Assembly: GCA_017882465.1 (NCBI GenBank)
Contig: JADGPN010000001.1
Location: forward strand, 1 to 53,758
Length of the DNA stretch: 53,758 bases
DNA from: Solirubrobacteraceae bacterium
GTDB lineage: Bacteria; Actinomycetota; Thermoleophilia; Solirubrobacterales; Solirubrobacteraceae
Reading direction: 5' to 3'
In this document: positions 1 through 8,425 of the stretch, piece after piece
Numbering within the stretch: position 1 is the first letter of the stretch
How the letters are laid out: the number at the start of each line of letters is the position of its first letter
Notes under the pieces: model-generated
What the model saw: the letters and a program-made list of their open reading frames with translations, nothing else
Told to the model about the DNA's origin: nothing
Databases searched by the model: none
Program-made: the position numbers and the translations under genes

Positions 1-26
1 GCGCTCGGTCAGATCACCCGATTCGG

Positions 27-369
27 GTGATGTTCGGCTGTGGGGGTTTGGAAAGCGCCGGGATAAACCGGCCCGGAGAAGGAGATGAAAACGCTCTACA
101 TCGAAGGTGTAGCGAGCCACGATGGCCCCGAGCCGTGCGTCGGCCGTCCGCGAGGGCGGCGGCGAAGCGTCGGTAGGGGTACACGCAGGCGGGGCTATGG
201 AGCCGCGAAATCAACGAAGTTCGGGGTGCCGACGCCGTCGAATCAGGCGGAAGGCAACATCGCTGCCAGCGTTATGCGCGAGCTGGTAGTGGATCCCGCG
301 CGGTCGAAGAACCCAGGCATGTGTGGAGTCTCCGGGCGCGAGAACCGGGAGATCTCATGGCTGCCCGTC
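27..369 (+). mobile_element. Group II intron 5' fragment (domain I region), truncated; no RT/maturase, no DV/DVI
   Basis: GAAGGTGTAGCGAGCCACGATGGCCCCGAGCCGTGCG...GGCGAAGCGTCGGTAGGGG...GAGCCGCGAAAT...GGGGTGCCGACG...GGAAGGCAACA...GAGAACCGGGAGATC resembles bacterial group IIB intron domain I. The 85..492 ORF is the kind of spurious ORF read off such RNA. 5' boundary uncertain. Confidence 0.7.
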
Positions 370-370
370 T

Positions 371-533
371 TACCTCCGCCATCCGGCGGAACAGCTGCCT
401 CTCCTCCTCCGAGAGAGAGTCCCACGGCCGCGTCAGGTCCAACGGCGGGAATGGCTCTCCATTTGGCTCCGTCTGCGCGGCGATCGGGTTGATCGGCGAC
501 AGCTCGGTATCTGGCGGGACGATCCCAAGCTCC
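371..533 (-). pseudogene. Arylsulfatase internal fragment, inverted relative to the rest of the gene
   Basis: Minus-strand translation ELGIVPPDTELSPINPIAAQTEPNGEPFPPLDLTRPWDSLSEEERQLFRRMAEV resembles the middle of actinobacterial arylsulfatases. Confidence 0.75.
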
Positions 534-1131
534 TACGAGTTCAACGGCGGCACCTCGGATCCGTGCATCATCTCCTGGCCGGCTGGAATGAAGGCCAAGG
601 GCGAGATCCGCGAGCAGTACCACCACGCGATCGACCTCGTTCCGACGATTCTCGACTGCCTCGGCGTCGAGCCGCCGGAGACGATCGGCGGACACGTGCA
701 AAGCGAGTTCGATGGCGTCAGCATGCGCTACAGCTTCGACCATGCAGCGGTGCCGAGTGAACGCCCGACGCAGTTCTATTGAGATCGTCGCCACGAAGGA
801 CGTGCCGGTCGGCGCGCAGCTGATCCTGGCCGCAAACTTCGAGCAGGACGGCGAGGACCCAGCCGGGGTCGCGACCGGGATCCTGTCGCTCTACCACGGC
901 GAGGAAAAGGTCGGCGAAGCCCGGATCAAGACCCAGCCCGGCAAGTTCGCAATCGGCGGCGAAGGGCTCTGCGTAGGACGCGACAGCAGCGAACCGGTCA
1001 CCGCCGACTACCACGGCCCGCACCCGCACGAGTTCACCGGCGGCACGATCAATCGCGTCGCGGTCGACGTCAGCGGGGAACCATACCTCGACCTCGAGCG
1101 AGAAGCCGCCGCGATGCTCGCCCGCGAATAA
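534..1131 (+). pseudogene. Arylsulfatase C-terminal fragments with an internal deletion and frame change near 779
   Basis: YEFNGGTSDPCIISWPAG...HHAIDLVPTILD...DGVSMRYSF...TQFY, then in another frame ...KTQPGKFAIGGEGLCVGRDS...FTGGTINRVAVDVSGEPYLDLE; no start and no catalytic CxPxR motif. Confidence 0.8.
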
Positions 1132-1280
1132 CCGGGCGTTGCGGAAGAGCCAGGCGAGCTCGCGACACTGTCCAAGTCGAGCCCCGAGTTGTGGCCGGGC
1201 GCAGGACTTACCGCGGCGAGCGGCTTGGAGCGTGTCGGCGAACGCAATGCCGGCGGCCCGATTTACCAACCCTTTCCCCA

Positions 1281-1354
1281 TGGCCCGGGCAGGACTCGAA
1301 CCTGCGCGCGACGGATTATGAGTCCGCTGCTCTGACCAACTGAGCTACCGGGCC
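1281..1354 (-). tRNA. tRNA with CAU anticodon, most likely tRNA-Ile2 (lysidine-modified); CCA not encoded
   Basis: Reverse complement GGCCCGG TA GCTC AGTTGGTCA GAGC A GCGGA CTCATAA TCCGT CGCGC GCAGG TTCGAGT CCTGC CCGGGCC A folds as a cloverleaf; G1-C72 pair and overall pattern fit Ile2 rather than fMet. Confidence 0.92.
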
Positions 1355-1436
1355 TTTGACCGGCGCGACGCTAGCACCGGCAGGCTCGCGCCGCTCGCGC
1401 ACGGATGCCGCGTGTTGGGGTACTCTGCCGGGCGCA

Positions 1437-1595
1437 ATGCTCGTCCTCTGGACGGATTCCCTCGGTTTCAGCCTCGCCCTGATCGCGACGTTCATCGGGA
1501 TCGGTGTGATCGTGAACGTGCTGATCATCTACGTTGTCGCCCAGGCTCTGGCCGAGCGCAAGCAGAATCGGGAGCGCCAGGCAGGCAACGGATAG
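1437..1595 (+). CDS. Small single-pass membrane protein (52 aa)
   Basis: MLVLWTDSLGFSLALIATFIGIGVIVNVLIIYVVAQALAERKQNRE; hydrophobic helix, charged tail, high GC3. Confidence 0.7.
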   Translation: MLVLWTDSLGFSLALIATFIGIGVIVNVLIIYVVAQALAERKQNRERQAGNG

Positions 1596-1604
1596 CGGTC
1601 CCGC

Positions 1605-1667
1605 TCAGCGGCTGTCGCAAAGCCGCTGAAGGAACGCCACGGGCAAGCGTCGAAACAGACGCCTGCC
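1605..1667 (+). promoter_or_regulatory. Two tandem hairpins directly upstream of the RpiR-family start codon
   Basis: TCAGCGGCT-gtcgcaa-AGCCGCTGA (1605-1629) and GGCAaGCGTC-gaaaca-GACGCcTGCC (1642-1667). Confidence 0.4.
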
Positions 1668-1668
1668 T

Positions 1669-2541
1669 ATGAAGCCATCCTCTAGCACGACCGCCACCCC
1701 GGACACCGCTCCCGGGCATCAGGCGCTGTCGGCATACATTCGGGCGCGGTTCGACGAGTTCTCGCGCTCTCAGAAGGACGTCGCCCAGTACATCGTCGAC
1801 CATCTCGACGAGGCTGCCTTCCAGACAGCGGAAGAGCTCGCCCGGCGGGCCAACACCTCATCGAGCACGGTCGTGCGCTTCTCCCAGGCGCTGGGGTTCG
1901 AGGGTTTCCCGGAGCTGCAGCAGGCGGCACGGGACGAGTACCGCCGGCGCGGTCCCGGAGGCACCGCGACGCTCGCCGCCGCGCCCCTGTTCTCGCTCGA
2001 CCACACCGAGTTCGAGGCGGCGCTGGCCGCCGATCACGTCAACGTCGAGGACACGGCGCACAAGCTCTCGAGATCCGACATCGAGGCGGCGATCGATGCG
2101 ATCGCCTCGGCCGAGAAGGTGCTCATCGCCGGCACCGACCAGATGGCCTTCTTCGCCAGCTATCTCCGTCACCTCCTGATGCTGCTCGATCTCCGGGCCG
2201 AGATCGTGGCCAGCCCGTCTCAGGAGGCGCTCGGGCGGCTCAGCCGGATCGATGAGCGGACGCTGGTCATCGGCCTCTCCGCCGGCCGGCCGCATCCGCT
2301 GATCACGCGCACGATGAAGCTTGCGCGCCACCGCAAGGCGCCGACCCTCGCGATCACCGACGCCACGCTGTCGGAGGTGGCGCGACTGGCGCGCATCCGC
2401 CTCTACTACTCCTCCAACACGCCCGCGTTCGTGCGCTCGCACACGGCGCTGCTGTCGCTGATCCAGGCCCTCGCGTACGGCGTCTACTCGCGCGACGCGC
2501 AGCAGTACGACGTCCGCATCAAGGCCTTCCGGCTCAAGTAG
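1669..2541 (+). CDS. MurR/RpiR family transcriptional regulator (HTH + SIS)
   Basis: SRSQKDVAQYI...TAEELARRANTSSSTVVRFSQALGFEGFPELQ HTH; C-terminal SIS domain (LAITD). Confidence 0.93.
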   Translation: MKPSSSTTATPDTAPGHQALSAYIRARFDEFSRSQKDVAQYIVDHLDEAAFQTAEELARRANTSSSTVVRFSQALGFEGFPELQQAARDEYRRRGPGGTATLAAAPLFSLDHTEFEAALAADHVNVEDTAHKLSRSDIEAAIDAIASAEKVLIAGTDQMAFFASYLRHLLMLLDLRAEIVASPSQEALGRLSRIDERTLVIGLSAGRPHPLITRTMKLARHRKAPTLAITDATLSEVARLARIRLYYSSNTPAFVRSHTALLSLIQALAYGVYSRDAQQYDVRIKAFRLK

Positions 2542-2580
2542 CGCTGAATCCCCGCCGGATCCCGCGTGGGCGCCACCGCG

Positions 2581-3399
2581 CTATCGCCGGGCGACGAGCA
2601 GAGACTGCAGCGCCCGGCCGACCCGGCCGCGCTCGTCGTAGAGGATGCTCTCGGCGAGGCCGACCCCGCCGTCACCGATCCGGGTCGTCGACTCGAGCCC
2701 GATCCATTCGCCGATCGGCTCGCGCTCGACGTACAGCGTCAGGTCCGGATTGATGTAGACATAGTCGTCCCACGGCAGCACAGAGCTGATTCCGTTCCCG
2801 AAGTCGCCGGCGGCGGCCAGGCGCTCGAGCGGCGTCGGCTCGACGCCCTCGACCAGCGGGACCAGGAGACGGAACCACGCGACCGACGCGGGCGGATCGC
2901 CGTCGGTCGACGTGCCGGCGCGCTCCGCGAGCCTGATCTCGCACCCATCGGTGCCGAACATCGGGCGCTCGCCCCCGGGGAGATGACCGGCCGAGGCTGA
3001 GCGCGCCGGGCGGGGTGGCGGCGGTTTGGCCGAGATCGCCTCCGGCGGCACGTCATCAGCCTGCCGGACCTGCAGCGCGCGGGCACGCACGACCTCAGTG
3101 CCGTCCGCGTCGTGGATCGAGGCCTCGAGCAGCTGGACCCGGCGCCCGGGTCGCACCCGCTCGGCACGCACATCGAGATCGCCGAGCGGCACGGGGCGCA
3201 TGAACTCATACGTGATCCGGGCCAGCTCCAGGTGGTCTCCGCCGCCCAGCAGCTCAAGGGCGTGCACGAGCAGCGCGGCCGGGGCACCGCCGTGCTGGGC
3301 CCTGGGGTCCCAGGGTCCCCGCGCCAGCACAGTCGCGTGATAGCGCCCGTGGCCGTCACCCGGCTCCTCGGCGACGGGGATGAAGATGGCTTCCCGCAT
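2581..3399 (-). CDS. Acyl-CoA thioesterase-like double hot-dog protein
   Basis: [45 protein letters not shown] motifs. Confidence 0.88.
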   Translation of the reverse strand: MREAIFIPVAEEPGDGHGRYHATVLARGPWDPRAQHGGAPAALLVHALELLGGGDHLELARITYEFMRPVPLGDLDVRAERVRPGRRVQLLEASIHDADGTEVVRARALQVRQADDVPPEAISAKPPPPRPARSASAGHLPGGERPMFGTDGCEIRLAERAGTSTDGDPPASVAWFRLLVPLVEGVEPTPLERLAAAGDFGNGISSVLPWDDYVYINPDLTLYVEREPIGEWIGLESTTRIGDGGVGLAESILYDERGRVGRALQSLLVARR

Positions 3400-3470
3400 G
3401 GGCGCGCGCGATCCTACGCGACGCCGGCACATGTGTCCCGGCGGCCGCTGCGTCTAAACTCAGGCGGACG

Positions 3471-4376
3471 ATGCACGACCACGCCGACACGAGACGCGAT
3501 GAGGCGACATTCACCGTCAAGGCGGGGCTCGCCGAGATGCTCAAGGGCGGCGTGATCATGGACGTGGTCACGCCCGAGCAGGCGAAGATCGCCGAGGACG
3601 CCGGGGCCGCCGCGGTGATGGCCCTGGAGCGGGTGCCCGCCGACATCAGGCGGGACGGCGGCGTGGCGCGCATGTCCGACCCCGAGATGATCCGCGGGAT
3701 TCAGGAGGCCGTGTCGATCCCGGTGATGGCCAAGGCGCGAATCGGGCACTTCGTCGAGGCCCAGGTCCTCGAGGCGCTCGAGGTCGACTACATCGACGAG
3801 TCCGAGGTGCTGACCCCGGCCGACGAGGCGAACCACATCGACAAGTGGGCGTTCCGGGTCCCGTTCGTATGCGGCGCCACCAACCTCGGCGAGGCACTGC
3901 GGCGGATCGGCGAAGGCGCCGCGATGATCCGCTCCAAGGGCGAGGCCGGCACCGGTGACATCGTCGAGGCGGTCCGGCATCTGCGCATGATCGGCGGCGC
4001 CATCCGGCGGCTGGCGACGCTCGACGATGCCGAGCTGGCCACCGCCGCCAAGGACCTTCAGGCTCCGCTGCAGCTCGTCCGCCAGGTTGCCGCCGACGGC
4101 CGGCTCCCCGTGGTCCTGTTCTGCGCCGGAGGAATTGCCACGCCGGCCGACGCGGCGCTGGTGATGCAGCTCGGCGCTGAGGGCGTGTTCGTCGGGTCGG
4201 GCATCTTCAAGTCGGAGGATCCCGAGCTTCGCGCCCGCGCGATCGTGGAGGCGACGACGCACTACCGTGACGCCGCCAGAGTGGCCGCCGCTTCGACCGG
4301 TCTCGGTCAGCCGATGGTGAGCCTCGAGACCTCCAAGCTCGACGACGAGCAGCTGCTGGCGCCTCGCGGCTGGTAG
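3471..4376 (+). CDS. pdxS: Pyridoxal 5'-phosphate synthase lyase subunit
   Basis: [47 protein letters not shown]. Confidence 0.98.
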   Translation: MHDHADTRRDEATFTVKAGLAEMLKGGVIMDVVTPEQAKIAEDAGAAAVMALERVPADIRRDGGVARMSDPEMIRGIQEAVSIPVMAKARIGHFVEAQVLEALEVDYIDESEVLTPADEANHIDKWAFRVPFVCGATNLGEALRRIGEGAAMIRSKGEAGTGDIVEAVRHLRMIGGAIRRLATLDDAELATAAKDLQAPLQLVRQVAADGRLPVVLFCAGGIATPADAALVMQLGAEGVFVGSGIFKSEDPELRARAIVEATTHYRDAARVAAASTGLGQPMVSLETSKLDDEQLLAPRGW

Positions 4377-4381
4377 GCCGC

Positions 4382-4978
4382 GTGGGGACCGTGATCGGGA
4401 TCCTGGCCCTGCAGGGCGGGTTCGAGGCGCACGCGAAGATCGTCCGGGCGCTCGGCGCCGAGGCCCACGAGGTCCGGGTGCCCGCCGATCTGGAAGGCCT
4501 CGATGCGCTGATTATGCCCGGCGGCGAGTCGACGGTGATGACGCTGGGAATCGAGCGCGAGGGCCTCGGCCGGCCGCTACGGGAGCTGGCCCGGTCCGGG
4601 ACGCCGGTGTTCGGCACCTGCGCCGGGATGATCATGCTCGACCGCGATCACCTCGGCCTGCTCGACGTTCGCGCCGAGCGCAATGCGTTCGGCCGCCAGC
4701 TTCGCTCCTTCGAGGCCGACATCGAGGTCGCCGGTCTCCGCGGCGGCCCGGTCCACGCCGTCTTCATCCGCGCGCCCTGGGTCAGTGAGCACGGCGACGG
4801 CGTCGAGGTTCTGGCCCGCGTGGACGGGCATCCGGTCGCGGTCAGGCAGGGCAACCTGCTGGCGGTCGCGTTCCATCCCGAGCTGGCGGGGGAGGCCCGG
4901 CTACACGAGCTGCTCCTGGCCTTGGCCGCCGGCCGCTCCGGCGAGGGTCACACTCCGGCGGTCTCGCGCTCCGAGTAG
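4382..4978 (+). CDS. pdxT: PLP synthase glutaminase subunit
   Basis: GILALQG, PGGEST, GTCAGMI, RNAFGRQ, FIRAP, FHPE; follows pdxS. Confidence 0.97.
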   Translation: MGTVIGILALQGGFEAHAKIVRALGAEAHEVRVPADLEGLDALIMPGGESTVMTLGIEREGLGRPLRELARSGTPVFGTCAGMIMLDRDHLGLLDVRAERNAFGRQLRSFEADIEVAGLRGGPVHAVFIRAPWVSEHGDGVEVLARVDGHPVAVRQGNLLAVAFHPELAGEARLHELLLALAAGRSGEGHTPAVSRSE

Positions 4979-5349
4979 GCGCGGAACGCGCGCTCGAACT
5001 CGTTCCAGTCGAGTGTGGGCAGGCCGTCGGGCTCCGGCGGAGGACGCTCGTCGACCGGATCCTCGCCGCCGCGCGGCGGATCCTCGGAGTCGGTCCCGCG
5101 CGAGAGCCAGGCCGCCAGCGCGCAGACGATGATCCCGGCCGCGTAGACGAGACCCGCGAGCACCGGGTGATGGGTGAGGGAGGCCAGGCCCCCCACGGCA
5201 TAGAGGGCGAGAGCCGAGACGACCAGCCGGCGGAGATCGCGGCCGGGAACCGCTCGCCGTGGAGCGGCGGCGCATGCGCTGAGGAGGATCGCCGCGGCGA
5301 GCGTAATCGCCAGTAGGAGCTTCCACGCTGCTGACGGCGGCATCACCAT
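4948..5349 (-). CDS. Hypothetical membrane protein (about 3 TM helices, acidic Pro-rich tail ending DWNEFERAFRAY)
   Basis: Hydrophobic helices, coding-like GC3. Confidence 0.7.
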   Translation of the reverse strand: MVMPPSAAWKLLLAITLAAAILLSACAAAPRRAVPGRDLRRLVVSALALYAVGGLASLTHHPVLAGLVYAAGIIVCALAAWLSRGTDSEDPPRGGEDPVDERPPPEPDGLPTLDWNEFERAFRAYSERETAGV

Positions 5350-5414
5350 GGGCTTCGCCTCCGATGATCGACCCCGCGGAGAAATTAATCAAGACCCCCG
5401 AGGCACGCGCTCGG

Positions 5415-5501
5415 GGAGGGCGAAGCCGCCACGGAGGGCGAAGCCGCCACGGAGGGCGAAGCCGCCACGGAGGGCGAAACCGCCACGGAGGGCGAAACCG
5501 C
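5415..5501. repeat. 18-bp tandem repeat, about 4.8 copies (GGAGGGCGAAGCCGCCAC)
   Basis: Three exact copies then two with G>A; no spacers; intergenic. Confidence 0.95.
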
Positions 5502-5521
5502 AATCTCGGTGCAGCCCGCCG

Positions 5522-7090
5522 TCACACCACGAGGCCGTGCCGCATGGTGTTCTCGGTCACCGCCCGCGGCTCGACGAAATGCATCAGGTAGTCCGGTCCC
5601 CCGGCCTTGCTGCCGGTGCCGGACAGCCGGTTGCCCCCGAACGGCTGGCGGCCGACCATGGCCCCGGTGATGCCGCGGTTGACGTACAGGTTGCCCACGG
5701 GGGTGCGGCGCCGCACGTACTCTACGGTCGTGGGGTCGCGCGCGAACAGGCCGCCGGTGAGCCCGAAGCGAAGCTCGTCGATGACGTCGCAGGCCTGCTC
5801 CACGTCGCGGACGCGCTCGATCGCCAGCAGCGGGCCGAAGATCTCCTCGGCCAGCACGCGGGATCCCGCCGGCAGGTCGGCCACCACGGTCGGCGGGCAG
5901 AACCAGCCGACGGCGGGGACCGGTTCGCGGCGGGCGACGATTCGTCCCTCGGCGGCGGCGATCTCCGCGTAGCGGTTGACCCGCTCCCGGGCCGACTCCT
6001 CGATCACCGGCGGGACCTCGGTACCAAGCTCCGAGGCCTGACCCACGACAAGCACCCGGACGGCCCCGGCGATCCGTTCGCTGAGCTGATCGGCGATGGC
6101 CTCGTGGACGAGCACACGGGAGGCGGCTGAGCATTTCTGGCCCGCGTACACGAACGCCGAGGAGACGATCGCCGGGACAGCCTCGTCGAGATCGGCGTCG
6201 GAGTCGACGATCACGCAGTTCTTGCCACCGAGCTCCGCGACCACGCGCTTGATGTGGCGCTGCTCCGGGCCGGTGTCACCGGCGCTGCGGACGATCTCGA
6301 GCCCCACCGGAAGCGAGCCGGTGAACGCGATCGTGTGCACGCCGGGATGGCGCACGAGCGCCGCCCCGGCATCCCCGCCACCCGGCAGCAGCGAGATCGC
6401 CGCCGCCGGCACGTCACCGGCGCGGAGCGCCTGGTACAGCATCGCGGCACTTCCCGGCGACTGCTCGGCGGGCTTGAGGATCGCCGCATTGCCCGTGGCC
6501 AGGGCGGCGGCGGTCATCCCGCACGGGATCGCGAGCGGGAAGTTCCAGGGTGAAATGACGGCGACCACGCCGCGCGGCACGTAGCGCAGCTCGTTGCGCT
6601 CGCCGGTGACCTGTAGCACCTCGCGGCCGGCGTCCAGCGTCACCGCGCCACGTGCGTAGTACTCCAGGAAGTCGATCGCCTCGCACACGTCCGCGTCGGC
6701 CTCCGGCCACGGCTTGGCGCACTCCCGGACCTGGAGCGCGGCCAGCTCCAGCCGGCGCTCGCGCATCCACGCCGCCGCCCGCCGCAGCGCCTCGCCGCGC
6801 TCGGCCACCCCGGTGCGTCCCCACGCATCGGAGCCCTCGCGGGCGGCGCTGACCGCGGCGATCACGTCGGCCTCGGTGGCCAGCGGGGCGTGAGCGAGGA
6901 TCCGGTCCGGGGCCCCGGGGTCGGTCGAGACCAACTCCTCTCCGGTGCGGAGATCGCCGGCCACGGCCACAGGGACCGACATCGGGAGGCGGCGCTCGAG
7001 CTGCTCGAGGGCGTCGGAGAGCCCGGAGCGCACGGCCGCGCGGCGGAGCTCGAGCACCGGCTCGTTGGCGAAGGAAGCGAGCGCTGACAC
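5522..7090 (-). CDS. pruA: L-glutamate gamma-semialdehyde (P5C) dehydrogenase
   Basis: FANEP start, EAIDFLEYY, ISPWNFPLAI, FTGS, ELGGKN, AGQKCSA, EEIFGP, GNLYVNR, QPFGG, KAGGPDYL. Confidence 0.93.
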   Translation of the reverse strand: MSALASFANEPVLELRRAAVRSGLSDALEQLERRLPMSVPVAVAGDLRTGEELVSTDPGAPDRILAHAPLATEADVIAAVSAAREGSDAWGRTGVAERGEALRRAAAWMRERRLELAALQVRECAKPWPEADADVCEAIDFLEYYARGAVTLDAGREVLQVTGERNELRYVPRGVVAVISPWNFPLAIPCGMTAAALATGNAAILKPAEQSPGSAAMLYQALRAGDVPAAAISLLPGGGDAGAALVRHPGVHTIAFTGSLPVGLEIVRSAGDTGPEQRHIKRVVAELGGKNCVIVDSDADLDEAVPAIVSSAFVYAGQKCSAASRVLVHEAIADQLSERIAGAVRVLVVGQASELGTEVPPVIEESARERVNRYAEIAAAEGRIVARREPVPAVGWFCPPTVVADLPAGSRVLAEEIFGPLLAIERVRDVEQACDVIDELRFGLTGGLFARDPTTVEYVRRRTPVGNLYVNRGITGAMVGRQPFGGNRLSGTGSKAGGPDYLMHFVEPRAVTENTMRHGLVV

Positions 7091-7200
7091 GAGCAGCGCA
7101 CGTTACGCGACCGCCGCACTGAGCGAGGGATCGAGGGCACCCGCTCGACGGCCGAGAAGCTCGCCCGGGTCCGGCGGCCTGATCGGAACCAACCGTGCCC

Positions 7201-7347
7201 ATGAAGTTCTGGCGCCACCCGGCGGACCAGGTGCCCGAGCAGCGCGAGGCGCTGATCGAATGGCTGTACGAGCGCTGACAGGAGCTCGACGACTGGATCG
7301 GCGAGGTCCGCTCCGGGGGCGCGGTGGCGATCGGAGCCAAGGCGTAG
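7201..7347 (+). pseudogene. C-terminal remnant of a PlsC-like acyltransferase with a nonsense codon
   Basis: MKFWRHPADQVPEQREALIEWLYER*QELDDWIGE; TGA at 7276 where W is expected. Confidence 0.55.
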
Positions 7348-7395
7348 TGACCGCCCCCGCCCCCCGAGCATCGGGGGTGGGTTACGATCGGCGCG

Positions 7396-8292
7396 ATGGC
7401 GGTATTCCCGACTGTGCGCGTCGCCGCGATCCAGGCGACGCCCGTGATCCTCGACGCTGCCGCCTCGGTGGCGAAGGCGGAGCGCCTCCTCACCGCAGCG
7501 GCCGACGCCGGCGCGCAGCTGGCCGTGTTCCCGGAGACGCTGGTCCCGCTGTACCCGTCGAACGCCTGGGCCAAGGAGGCCTCGGGCTTCGGAGGCTGGG
7601 ACGAGCTGTGGGAGCGGCTGTGGGAGAACGCGGTCGACGTTCCCGGCCCGCTGATCGACCGCCTCCAGCGCATCTGCGCCGAGCGCGAGATCTGGTGCGC
7701 GGTCGGGGTCAACGAGCGCGAGTCCGAGCGCCCCGGAACGCTCTACAACACGCTCGTATACGTCGGACCAGACGGGATCCTGGGCCGCCACCGGAAGCTG
7801 ATGCCCACCCATCACGAGCGGCTCTTCCACGGGATCGGGGCCGGCGACGACCTCGGGGTGCACGACGTTGCCGGCGCCCGCGTGGGGGGTCTGATCTGCT
7901 GGGAGAACCGGATGCCGCTGGCCCGGTACGCCGTCTACCGTGGCGGCCCGCAGATCTGGGTCGCCCCGACGGCGGACGACAGCGACGGATGGCTCGCCTC
8001 GATGCGGCACATCGCGATCGAATCCGGCGCCTTCGTGGTGTCGGTGCCGCAGTTCATCCCGGCAGCGGCGTTCCCGCAGGACTTCCCGATCGCGCTGCCC
8101 CCCGGTAAGGAGATCTTTGGGCGCGGAGGCGCCGCGGTCATCGAGCCGATCTCCGGCCAGGTGATCGCCGGCCCACTCTACGACGAGGAGGGGATGCTGG
8201 TCGCCGAGTGCGACCTGCGGCGCGGCCTGCACGCCAAGCGCCTGTTCGACGCCGTCGGTCATTATGGGCGCGAGGACGTCCTGGGCCGATGA
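7396..8292 (+). CDS. Nitrilase (carbon-nitrogen hydrolase family)
   Basis: E-K-C triad: FPE, HRKLMPT, GGLICWEN; FDAVGHYGR. Confidence 0.93.
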   Translation: MAVFPTVRVAAIQATPVILDAAASVAKAERLLTAAADAGAQLAVFPETLVPLYPSNAWAKEASGFGGWDELWERLWENAVDVPGPLIDRLQRICAEREIWCAVGVNERESERPGTLYNTLVYVGPDGILGRHRKLMPTHHERLFHGIGAGDDLGVHDVAGARVGGLICWENRMPLARYAVYRGGPQIWVAPTADDSDGWLASMRHIAIESGAFVVSVPQFIPAAAFPQDFPIALPPGKEIFGRGGAAVIEPISGQVIAGPLYDEEGMLVAECDLRRGLHAKRLFDAVGHYGREDVLGR

Positions 8293-8390
8293 GCGCGGCC
8301 TACTGCGAGGGATCCCGTCGCCTTCAGAACCGCTTCGACACGCGCCGGCTCGCCGAGCGCCTCGAGGAGCGCTTTCTCCGCGCTGCCCGC
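8289..8390 (+). pseudogene. N-terminal stub of a pyridoxamine 5'-phosphate oxidase-like FMN-binding protein
   Basis: MSAAYCEGSRRLQNRFDTRRLAERLEE, ATGA-coupled to the nitrilase, then loses similarity. Confidence 0.55.
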
Positions 8391-8425
8391 CGGCGATCCC
8401 GCGCGTCGCAAGTGACCGAGGCCGG

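Noticed and set aside
85-492. 135-aa ORF MKTLYIEGVASHDGPEPC...
   Set aside because: Reads across intron-like RNA and the antisense sulfatase piece; not a credible protein.
1596-1640. Glutamine (glnA) riboswitch suggested by GAAGGAACGC
   Set aside because: The 5' CGTTC strand and GGAAGTA junction are absent; only a simple hairpin is present.
5415-5501. CRISPR array
   Set aside because: Head-to-tail 18-mers with no spacers and no cas genes.
7276-7278. UGA recoded as Trp or Sec
   Set aside because: Many intact genes here end in TGA, and the fragment lacks its N-terminus, so this is simple nonsense decay.
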